This document shows positions 52,060 through 63,347 of a DNA stretch of 64,000 nt, one piece after another (the first letter of the stretch is position 1; each line of letters begins with the position of its first letter). The DNA is taken from assembly GCF_003918875.1 (NCBI RefSeq), contig NW_025765514.1, positions 1,488,001 to 1,552,000 on the forward strand, written 5' to 3'. The notes beneath the pieces are model-generated. The model was not told where the DNA came from. It did not search any database and saw nothing but the letters and a program-made list of their open reading frames with translations. The position numbers and the translations under genes are program-made. The stretch comes from Haliotis rubra. Lineage: Eukaryota.

Positions 52060-53420
52060 GGAGAAGGCATCATCGGTGAAGGGAGTTCACAGCGGAGCCC
52101 GGCACGGACGGATTGGACCCAGGGTACCACGGAAACCTGGGGTGAGCTGGGATGTCTCGCTGATCTTGGGGAGGGATCCAAAAGGAAGTGACGAGTTCGA
52201 CCACCTCGGTGACCGAATCTTTCTTTATGAGATTTGTGTTTATTGACATTGAATCCCATTTTGAGACAGTCTATATCTCGTCATATATCTCGCGTACCAT
52301 CATCTCGAATCATATCAAGGAGACCCGTAAGTGGACGGAGACTGGTGATGGAGCCCCGAGCGGGGGGCGGGGAACTTGGCAAACCACAGAACGGAATCGC
52401 CTTGTTTACTCATCATCTTTCATGTCAGTGTAGTTACTACATAACCCTACCTCTATGACTTATAGCTGAACATTGCTGTCGTCGTACTTGATCGTGGTCA
52501 ATCTCCATATTGTCTGTCATTCAGTTCGTATTTGGACAGTCTGGTCAATGTCGGACAGTATATTATATTTATCTGCAGATCCAATGTTAGTGACGTCATG
52601 GTATTGTCTTGCCTTATTTGTTTCCTCAGTCGCTCATCGTGATCTGTCAACAGTTATCTCCCATCTTAGCGTGAGGTCACGTGACACTGACGTCACTTAT
52701 TTTAACGATTGCATCAGTCAAAGTCAGTAACCTATGGCAACATGACGCTTTATTCAGAGGATCTTGCATCAGAAAGAGGTAATTATGTCAAGGCCAGCAT
52801 CCGAGATTAACAATACTCGTTCCAATTTACCTCTAGGGATGACAGTAATCAAACACTCCCAGCATTGTAGTGTCATGTCACCATTTTCCTTGCTTTTTAC
52901 AAGATTTACTCGCAATTGATTTGTTGTACATGCTCTTCAGATTTGTACTTCTCATTTTCCTTACCATAAATCTAGAAGTTGTAGCGGTGCTATTCAGTAG
53001 TCGAGAAAAGCTGCACAGACAAAACATTAGGGTTTTGATTGTATGCAGAACACTACTGTTCTAACGATTGGTTGTAAATGCATAGTCTATTTTTATTCAG
53101 GGAAAACCCTGTCAAAGCGTGTTACGAACACAAAATGGCATTTTGAGATTGTTAAAATGTGAATCAACTGACCACTACCTACACAGTGAATCGCCATGCG
53201 CAATACAATGCATGCGGTTACACTGGTTTTCTGGCATCTGTGCGCTCTTCTCCCGACGAATGATCACATGATGGTACAGTAGTGTTGATATACGTTACCA
53301 TGGTAACAGCCAGACTGGCGAAGTGACATGTATTCGTTACTGGATGTATACGTCTTTAATATTCAAATTGCATAAGTCTTTCATATTTTTGTACAATAAA
53401 ACTGTGTTTATTGCACTCAA
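52060..53420 (+). other. 3' UTR of gene 2
   Basis: Repeat-free; AATAAA at 53395-53400. Confidence 0.6.
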
Positions 53421-53458
53421 GTTAACCAAGAAGCGTATGTTATCATTGTTTACGGACA

Positions 53459-53702
53459 GAGTGAGTGAGTTTAGTTTTACACCACACTCAGCAATATTCC
53501 AGCTATATGGCGGCGGTCTGTAAATAATCGAGTCTGGACCAGCCAATCCAGTGATCAACAGCATGAGCATCGATCTGCGCATTTGGGAACCGATGACATG
53601 CGTCAAACAAGCCAGCGAGCCTGACGACCCGATCCCGTTTGTCGCCTCTTACGACAAGCATGGGTTGCTGAAGGTTCATTCTAACCCGGACCTTCACGGG
53701 TT
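53459..53702 (-). mobile_element. SINE-like family C, full length
   Basis: Reverse-complement consensus match. Confidence 0.9.
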
Positions 53703-53959
53703 CATTTCTTACGGGGGTGTGGATGATGCAGGGAGTGAGTGGGTAAGATTAACGCCATTTAAGGCTCCGTGTTTTAACGGGGGAGTAAAGTCACAGGTAA
53801 AGCATGTTCAAGAAGTCAGTAAACTAACAGTGCGGTGCTTACTGACGAAGATCATACTTGGATGCGAACTTTATCCTGCAGATCATTGTTTAAAAGCGAA
53901 ACTCGGCACTACGGCAACGGGACCATACACGTCTCTAGTGATCGAAATCAATCAGTTGG

Positions 53960-55042
53960 TGGTTACAGGGACACTTCTTGTAGTGGGGCACTCCCTGGTT
54001 ACAGGGACACTTCTTGTAGTGGGGCGCTCCCTGGTTACAAGGATACTTCTTGTAGTGGGGCACTCCCTGGTTACAGGGACACTTCTTGTAGTGGGGCCCT
54101 CCCTGGTTACAGGGACACTTCTTGTAGTGGGGCCCTCGGTGGTTAGTGGGGCACCCCTCCAGGGACACTGGTTACAGGGACACTTCTTGTAGTGGGGCCT
54201 CCTCGGTGGTTACACGGAACACTTCTTGTAGTGGGGCACACTTCTTGTAGTGGGGCTCTTCCTGGTTACAGGGACACTTCTTGTAGTGGGGCTCTTCCTG
54301 GTTACAGGGACACTTCTTGTAGTGGGGCTTCCTGGTGGTTGTACAGGGACACTTCTTGTAGTGGGGGCTCTTCCTGGTTACAGGGACACTTCTTGTAGTG
54401 GGGCACTCTTCCTGGTTACAGGGACACTTCTTGTAGTGGGGGGCTCTTCCTGGTTACAGGGACACTTCTTGTAGTGGGGCTCTTCCTGGTTACAGGGACA
54501 CTTCTTGTAGTGGGGCTCTTCCTGGTTACAGGGACACTTCTTGTAGTGGGGCTCTTCCTGGTTACAGGGACACTTCTTGTAGTGGGGCTCTTCCTGGTTA
54601 CAGGGACACTTCTTGTAGTGGGGCACTCCCTGGTTACAGGGACACTTCTTGTAGTGGGGGCTCGGTGGTTACAGGACACTTCTTGTAGTGGGGCACTCCC
54701 TGCTTACAGGGACACTTCTTGCAGTGGGGCACTCCCTGGTTACAGGGACACTTCTTTTCTTGTAGTGGGGCACTCCCTGGTTACACGAACGCTCTTTGTA
54801 GTGGGGCACTCCCTGGTTACAGGGACACTTCTTGTAATGGGGCCCTCGGTGGTTACAGGGACAGGGACACTTCTTGTAGTGGGGCCCTCGATAGTTACAG
54901 GGACACTTCTTGCAGTGGGGCCCTCGTAGTTACAGAGACACTTCTTGTAGTGTGGCCCTCGGTAGATGCAGGGACACTTCTTGTAGTGGGGCCCTCGATA
55001 GTTACAGGGACACTTCTTGTAGTGGGTCCCTGCGTTGTTACA
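53960..55042. repeat. 36-bp minisatellite, about 30 copies
   Basis: Unit GGTTACAGGGACACTTCTTGTAGTGGGGCACTCCCT. Confidence 0.95.
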
Positions 55043-56602
55043 GTGGACGGCAATGGTTACAGTTTTTTCCATGCAAACCCGTGGTTGACCACATGAGCAA
55101 CGAGCCAGACATCGTTCATTGTACTGAAACAATGCGTTTGAAAATAGTGGATAAGCGTGCATGTATGAGTAAGAATCAAATATTCCTTCTTCAGACACAG
55201 GTGATGACAGCCTGCCGAGTTCACTCTAGATACCTGGAACTGTGTAAGTCGGTGACCCGACCCATTCTGTACACTGCCTGCGTTCATGAACAGCATATGC
55301 AGCGCCAATATTGACACACACAGGCTGACATACAAACTCGACGCGCGCATATACAGACACACTGANNNNNNNNNNNNNNNNNNNNNNNNNNNNNNNNNNN
55401 NNNNNNNNNNNNNNNNNNNNNNNNNNNNNNNNNNNNNNNNNNNNNNNNNNNNNNNNNNNNNNNNNNNNNNNNNNNNNNNNNNNNNNNNNNNNNNNNNNNN
55501 NNNNNNNNNNNNNNNNNNNNNNNNNNNNATGAACTTATCGGGTGTTGGCCCGGCCAACCAGTGCCAATGATTCATCCAAAGATATATATTATTAATAATA
55601 TGTACAATTTTCATTCACGGCATTCGCCTGTTTCCCCGGCGCGACCATCCGAACGTTTTTAATTGACTTTCGTAAGTTTTTATACTAGATGGGGAGTATA
55701 GTTGACTGGATGCGTTAAAGGCCGATTTGAAAAATGTTTCAGATTAGAACAGTGCTGTAGGTCTTATTCCATTACCGATTTGGGGGGATTAATATTTATG
55801 GAAGCATTATCAAGCCCAATCTGAGACTCGAACCTACAATCATATATGTTCATATTACGGTACATTAGAAAACGGTACAGTATAATATAATGAATGCATT
55901 AAAAACGTATATGGCATGGTACAGTTGTCAAAAATATTAAAAACACGCAAATTTTTGTTAATGTTTCTGACACTTGGTTTGATATTTTATATCCTGTTCC
56001 TGACTTTAAGTCCAAATGAATTTGTCAAAAAATTCCGTTTTTCATTGTGAGGTTGTGTTCCACAGCTATGTCATAGTGTTGGTAAAATTCATGTTTTAGG
56101 TAAGACGAAATAAATATAATGTTTAGCATACATCTCTCTACTTCTATTATACCTACCTAGTGCTATCAGCCTTAGCATATTAGACAGTATACATAACTCC
56201 ATCATTACACACCTTTGCTTTTAACAGGTATATTTACAGCAATATGGGTAAAACGTGACCAAGAAGGTCTACCAGCGAGCTCTCTCTCACACTTATACAG
56301 GTACCTTGTCAGTTTTTCTTTAGTTGTGTTTAATCGCAATATGTTTTATTCCTAAATACTAGCGATAATGTAAACATGTTCTTGCGTTAAACAGAGTTAA
56401 GTGATTAAATTGTAAACACCAGTACCGTTTAGAAACTAAACCATTGTTTAGTTGGTAAACACTTGTTTATAACATAAACAACGTTTAGGTAATAAACACA
56501 TAGTGTTTAAAAACATAGGACAAATAAATGTTTAATTTTGCGTGTAATATATAAACAATCATTTCTACAGTGCATAACTAAATCCTGGATTATCAGACAC
56601 AT

Positions 56603-57074
56603 TTTGATTTAAACATATTTATTCAAGAGAATGGATTGGGTACAAGTTATGCCAACTTAGTGAAACCCTCTCCTATTTACAGTGCTTACATGCAAAAGTG
56701 AAACAAACTATATGTACAGGGATAGAAAGATACATACTGAAGGATATATACAATACAATGAATACATGAATTATTTGGATCATAAACATTATATCCAATT
56801 ACTGAACCTTTTGGAGTTTGATATATATTTTTGAACATTCCATAAAATAATGATGAGAATTTTCACAGGTAAATTTACAATTACATTCGGGGTTCTCTAT
56901 AAGACCAACCCTATATAGATCACCATTTAATCTACTATTTGAATGTCTTAGCTGGGTAGGAATTACATTGAGTTTTCTATTACCAAATGAGAAATATCCT
57001 GGTGCTTTTGACTTACGCGAGCTTATATGCGAAACTGATTCTTTAACATATAAAGGGAGATTATTCCAAAGTTT
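56603..57074 (-). mobile_element. 5'-truncated CR1-type LINE 3' end
   Basis: Minus frame KLWNNLP...GNRKLNV..TQLRHSNSRLNGDLYRVGLIENPECNC...ENSHHYFMEC (C-terminal Cys/His knuckle), then 3' UTR with AATAAA; flanked by a 41-bp direct repeat. Confidence 0.75.
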
Positions 57075-57619
57075 CTAAAGTGCATAACTAAATCCGGGTT
57101 TATCAGACACATCGTGACGACTTTAGTCTAATCTAAATTAGTCGTGGTGTCGGAGAACAAAGAACAGTTGTAACCTATGCTCTCATTAACTGCCTACATA
57201 CATATATACAGTGTAACAATACACCCACAGACAAGTGACGCTATTGTTACGTCACACACACACGTGGCCGCCAGGAGACAATCACACCACACCGCATACC
57301 TGACAGTGTGTCATGATCTGTAGTTATTGCCAAAGATTTATTTGCCAATTAAAGTATAAACCTTACTGGTTATTATCTCGAAGCTACATATATACAAAGG
57401 TATATATGCCAATATCCACTGACCATTGTTTGACAAAATGCACTTTCATAGTTTCACAGTGACAAGTGAAAGTGTTATTAAATGCTGATGATATTGTATA
57501 TTGAGACTGCAAAGAATTGGATTGTGTTAAAGCCAGAAACATTTACGTGGCCTCCTTCTTTAGTATTTTACAGTCAAAACGGATTCTTGCAGACAAGAGG
57601 AAATCTATATACACACCAC

Positions 57620-57852
57620 GAGTGAGTGAGTGAGTTTAATTTTACGCCGCACTCAGCAATATTCCAGCTTTATGGCGGCGGTCTGTAAATAATCGGATCT
57701 GGGCCAGACAATCCAGTGATCAACAGCATGAACATCGATCTACCAATTGGGAACCGATGACATGTGTCAACCAAGTTAGTGATCCTGACCACCCGATCCC
57801 GTTAGTCGCCTCTTACTACAAGCATGGGTTACTGAAGATCAGCTCTAACCGG
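57620..57852 (-). mobile_element. SINE-like family C
   Basis: Reverse-complement consensus match, head clipped. Confidence 0.88.
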
Positions 57853-57922
57853 GTTTACACAGCACGAATACTTAATGGTGAATTGTGCATCTATGTGTTA
57901 ATACACTATTCATTAAGATTGT

Positions 57923-58092
57923 GGGGCAATGGGGTAACCTAGTGGTTAAAGCGTTCGCTCGTCAAGCCGAAAGCCTGGGTTCGATTCCCCACATAGGCAC
58001 CATGTGTGAAGGCCGTTGCTGGTGTCTCATGCTGTGGATTATGTTTTGGGATTATTGCAAAAATGGCGTAAACCGAAACGCTTTCACTCACT
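57923..58092 (+). mobile_element. Diverged SINE family A
   Basis: A/B boxes and tail recognisable. Confidence 0.8.
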
Positions 58093-58161
58093 CGTTAAGC
58101 TTCAACCGTTATTGTGCTATTCGAATGTACGTCCACACTCATAAATATTGTCACCCAGTGC

Positions 58162-58780
58162 TTGTCTGTTTCACAGTCCCTGAACCGCATTATGTTCCCC
58201 TCTGCCTAGTCCTCCCTGCAATGCTAAAGCCCTAAGTGAAGCAAGTCTAGATTCCCCCATGTTCCAACTCACTGGGGCTCATTTTCAATTTAAATGGGTT
58301 CTTTTTGTTGCTGTCATAGTTATATATATCCAGGGACTAAGCGTTAGTCTAGTCTAGTATGTTGGGGGTGACAATAGTTATATATATCCAGGGACTAAGC
58401 GTTAGTCTAGTCTAGTATGTTGGGGGTGACAATAGTTATATATATCCAGGGACTAAGCGTTAGTCTAGTCTAGTATGTTGGGGGTGACAATAGTTATATA
58501 TATCCAGGGACTAAGCGTTAGTCTAGTCTAGTATGTTATGTTTATATATATCCAGGGACTAAGCGTTAGACAGTATAGTTTATATATATCCAGGGACTAA
58601 GCGTTAGTCTAGTCTAGTATGTTGGGTTATATATATCCAGGGACTAAGCGTGACAATAGTTATATATATCCAGGGACTAAGCGTTAGTCTAGTCTAGTAT
58701 GTTGGGGGTGACAATAGTTATATATATCCAGGGACTAAGCGTTAGTCTAGTCTAGTATGTTGGGGGTGACAATAGTTATA
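58162..58780. repeat. Subfamily D element (58162-58351) followed by a 58-bp tandem amplification of its end
   Basis: Unit ATAGTTATATATATCCAGGGACTAAGCGTTAGTCTAGTCTAGTATGTTGGGGGTGACA. Confidence 0.88.
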
Positions 58781-60289
58781 AGAGTAGGATAATATATAAC
58801 TATCATATCTATTCAAACAACGAAAATATTTCATTCGTCTTGAAGTACGAGAAAAAATACAAAAAGCTGGAATCAAAGATATGGAAAGTCATAAACTTAT
58901 AGTGAGACAAGATACGAATTTGGATTTATCCAACTTAACATCTCACGCAGACACTCGAGCCTATTAGTGCAATCTGTGATTGTTCATGATAGACTCTTCC
59001 AGTTGAGGTGCTGTGACCTCTGACCCTGCTGGCTGATGCAAGCTTGCATCATGTAGACGACTGTCAGGAACAGAAGGCACCTTGAGCAACCTTGACCTGT
59101 GAGACAAACGACGACGCTCAAATCGAATCTACCAATCGGGAAAATATTAGAAGCTGACGTGTCCTTTGAGGACTTTTAGCATGACGAAACAGTTTCATAT
59201 GTTCGGTCACCCCCATTAGACTCATATTTCGTATCAACACTCGCATGAGTGTATGACTAAATTGGAAATGTTCTAGAACTTAATCGAATGCATGTTGGTC
59301 GTTCACTGACGCAATGGTTGAAACAAATGAAACGTTAGGGAAGAAGAGTAAGGGAGGTAACTCTAGGAGTTAAGTCGAGTGTTGCATGGTCTTACGAAAT
59401 TTCTCAAGCGTAAAAAGGAAGGTATATTTATCATAGCGAGGTGAGATGTATTCATAATTGTTTCGAGTTGTTAGTTTGTCCGTTTGACTTACATTAATAT
59501 CAACTGAATAGTTAAATATCTTTATAAATACGAATTAAGATTAAGGTGTCAACACCACGCGACCAGTGTTGTGCGATCATATTAACGTTAATGACACAAC
59601 AGCCTTTGTATATTTGTGAAAATCACTGTCTTACAGAAATATAAATTCACAGTCAAAAATTACTGTAATTGTTTACATGTTAATTCTGTTTTGAATATGT
59701 AGTAGTTCACAAACTGTTTCATATTACACACATTTTTATCTAGAATCAGTGGTTTCAAAAGTAGAAATAATTGATTTATGTTTTACATACAACTCTGGAT
59801 ACCAAATCAACCCCTCAAGTAGAACCTCATTGTACACAATGGGAACTGGTCCTTTAACGTCCCCAACCCTCTCCCTTGTCGCTGATAATAAACAGAATCG
59901 GTTCAACAAACTCATGATTACTACATATTTCCGATATCAAAATAGGGACATGTCAGGGTGAATTTCTTTGTCGCAGTTAATTAAATGTAAATATCAACTA
60001 CCGGATATATGTGTTGGGTGCTAATTTAAACTTTATAAAGTTAGTGGTTGGGAATTTCGTCTTTGTAATGAAAATATGTAGAAGCCCGTGCTGAATATCC
60101 TCCGCCCACTGCATCACGATTAAAATTCCAGTGTACGTACGAATTTAGTCATGTTAACTCCTACACCGAACCATGTTACCGCCTACACCGTTGATGATGG
60201 TTTATATCACATATCTACTGACGTTACAAACTATATATTGTGTTATAGGTCTAAACTTGTATAAAGTAAAACTAATAACTTGACCTTTA

Positions 60290-61033
60290 TTGTGTATAAA
60301 TTTTATTACCAGATTATGAATTTGATTATTACAAACATGAATGGATTAACTTTGTAAAATACAATCTGGATAACCTGGGTTTCAGTAATATATGGCAACC
60401 TAAAGACGGTTTCTTCACCCTTTTGCCAAATAATGTTATTTACACAAGATTATATAGATCAATATCTACAAGCATGGAGAAACGAAATAGAAAATACCTC
60501 GTAATGTACTACATAAAAGCTATTTAAGTATGATATATTGTTTGAGCCATATCTTGAAATATTGGATAATAATTATAGAATACTAATATGAAATTTTAGA
60601 ACTTCAAATCGTCGACTTACAGCTGAAAAAGGTAGATGGAACCGACTACCATAACAAATAGAGTATGCCCATTATGTGACATAAGAGATGCCGGTGACGA
60701 GTTACGTTATATATTTATATGTCCTTGGTTAAAAGAACAGAGAAATACTTGAATACCTATATATTATCGTAAATATCCCAATATTCAGATTCTTTCCCCT
60801 GCTACTATCAGCTAAACAGATTGGATTGTTAACAAAATTAAGTACCTTTTGTAAATTAATTATGCAAACATATCGATCACATGTTAACCTGTATCTTATA
60901 ATTGTATGTATATGTTTTGTTGTAACTGCCTGTCCTCTGAATGCCATGGTATTTGTATCTTTATAATATAGGTATATGTTCTTCTAATGCCGTGCACCAC
61001 GGCTTGAAATTAATGAAGTTCAGTTCAGTTCAG
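60290..61033 (+). mobile_element. RTE-X-like LINE 3' fragment (decayed)
   Basis: LDNLGFSNIW, DQYLQAW, FEPYL, FRTSNRRLTAEKGRW, VCPLCD..GDELRYIFICP with stops; (GTTCA)n tail. Confidence 0.75.
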
Positions 61034-61124
61034 GCTGAGAATTATATGTTATCGTTATTTAACACGAATCCATAGTGTGTAGGCATGAGACCTTAAAGGC
61101 GTGACTTACATCTCCCCTTGTACT

Positions 61125-61358
61125 CACCCGTGAAAGTCCGGGTTAGAATGAATCTTCAGTAACTGATGCTTGTCGTCAGAGGAGACTAACGGTCAGGCTC
61201 GCTGGCTTGGTTGACACGTCATCGGTTCCCAATTGTGTAGATCGATGCTCATGCTGTTGATCACTGGATTGTCTGGTCCGGACTCGATTATTTACAGACC
61301 GCCGCCATATAGCTGGAATACTGCTGAGTGCGTTGTAAAACTAAACTCACTCACTCAC
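61125..61358 (+). mobile_element. SINE-like family C
   Basis: Consensus match. Confidence 0.88.
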
Positions 61359-61411
61359 TCTTCTTGTACTCACACGGACATATGGCATATCTCTCCTCTT
61401 TTGCACATTAA

Positions 61412-63190
61412 GGACCCACGGGGCGTGACGTACCTCTCGTCTTGTGTACTCTAAGGACCCATGAGGTGGGACGTACATCGCGTCTTGCGTACACCAAGGA
61501 CCCATGAGGCGTGACGTACCTCTTGTCTTGTGTACACCAAAGACGCATGAGGCGTGACGTATCTCTCGTCTTGTGTACACCAAGGACCCATGAGGCGTGA
61601 CGTACCTCGTCTTGTGTACATCACGGACCATGAGGCGTGACGTACCTCTCGTCTTGTGTACACCAAGGACCCATGAGGCGTGACCTACCTCTCGTCTTGT
61701 GTACACCAAGGAACCATGAGGCGTGTCGTACCACTCCTCTTTTGTACACCATGGACCCATGAGGCGTGACGTACCACTCCTCTTGTGTACACCAAGGACC
61801 CATGAAGCGTGACGTAGCTGTCGTCTTGTGTACACCACTTTCCTCATGTGGTTTCACGTGCATTCCCCAGTGTGTACACCACTTTCCCCATGAGGCTTCA
61901 CGCGCATTCCCCAGTGTGTACACCACTTTTTTCCATGAGGCTTCACGAGCATTCCCAGTGTGTACACAACTTTCCCCATGAGGCTTCACGTGCATTCCCC
62001 AGTGTGTACACCACTTTCCCCATATGGCTTCACGTGCATTCCCCTGTTTGTACACCACTTTCCCCATGAGGCTTTACGTACATTCCCCAATGTGTACACC
62101 ACTTTCCCCGTGAGGCTTTACGTGCATTCCCCTGTGTGTACACCACTTTCCCCTTCTGGCTTCACGTGTATTCCCTGATGTGTACCCCACTTTCCCCATC
62201 TGGTTCACGTGCATTCCCCAGTGTGTACACCACTTTCCCCATGAGGCTTCACGTGCATTCTCCTTTGTGTACACCGCTTTCCCCATGAGGCTTCACGTGC
62301 ATTCCCCTGTGTGTACACCACTTTCCCCATGAGGCTTCACGTGCATTCCCCTGTGTGTACACCACTTTCCCCATGAGGCTTCACGTGCAATCCCCAGTGT
62401 GTACACCAATTTCCCCGTGAGGCTTAATTGGTGTTCCCTGATGTGTACACCACTTTCCTCGTGAGGCGTGACGGGCATTCCCCAATGTGTACACCACTTT
62501 CCCCGTAAGGTGTGACGTGCATTCCCAATGTGTACACCACTTTTCCCGTGAGGCGTGACGTACTTTGCCCAATGTGTACACCACTTTCCCCGTAAGGTAT
62601 GACGTACCTTCCCTCCGAGTACACCACTTTCCCCGTGAGGCGTGACGTACTTTGCCCAATGTGTACACCACTTTCCCCGTAAGGTGTGACGTGCATTCAA
62701 TGTGTACACCACTTTCCCCGTGAGGCGTGACGTACTTTGTCCAATGTGTGCACCACTTTCCCCGTAAGGTGTGACGTGCATTCCCCTATGTGTACACCAC
62801 TTTCCCGGTGAGGCGTGACGTATTTGCCCAATGTGTACACCACTTTCCCCGTAAGGTGTGACGTGCATTCCCCTATGTGTACACCACTTTCCCGGTGAGG
62901 CGTGACGTATTTTGCCCAATGTGTACACCACTTTCCCCGTAAGGTGTGACGTGCATTCCCCAATGTGTACACCACTTTCCCCGTGAGGCGTGACGTACTT
63001 TGCCCAATGTGTACACCACTTTCCCGGTGAGGCGTGACGTACCTTCCCTCCGAGTACACCACTGTATCCCTTGTGGTGTGACGTGCATTCCCCAATGTGT
63101 ACACCACTTTCCCCGTAAAGTGTGACGTACCTTCCCTCCGAGTACACCACGATCTCCCTTGTGGTGTGACTACTCCTTCTCTGTACACCA
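61412..63190. repeat. 43-45-bp minisatellite with three sequence-variant zones
   Basis: Common core TGTGTACACCA; variants GAGGCGTGACGTAC and GAGGCTTCACGTGC. Confidence 0.93.
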
Positions 63191-63347
63191 GAAGTAACGA
63201 AGCGTGACATACCTCACTGCGTATATGTGCATTCTTAGCTTCAGAACGCTGTCGCCCCATTATGCACATCTAAGCCCCATGAATGAATCTCCCTGGCGTT
63301 TACCAGAGGAGGAGTATACCCTAAGTCCCTGTGTGTGCCGAGGCTTT

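Noticed and set aside
53551-55314. ORFs of 100-213 aa
   Set aside because: Composed of SINE C sequence and a 36-bp minisatellite
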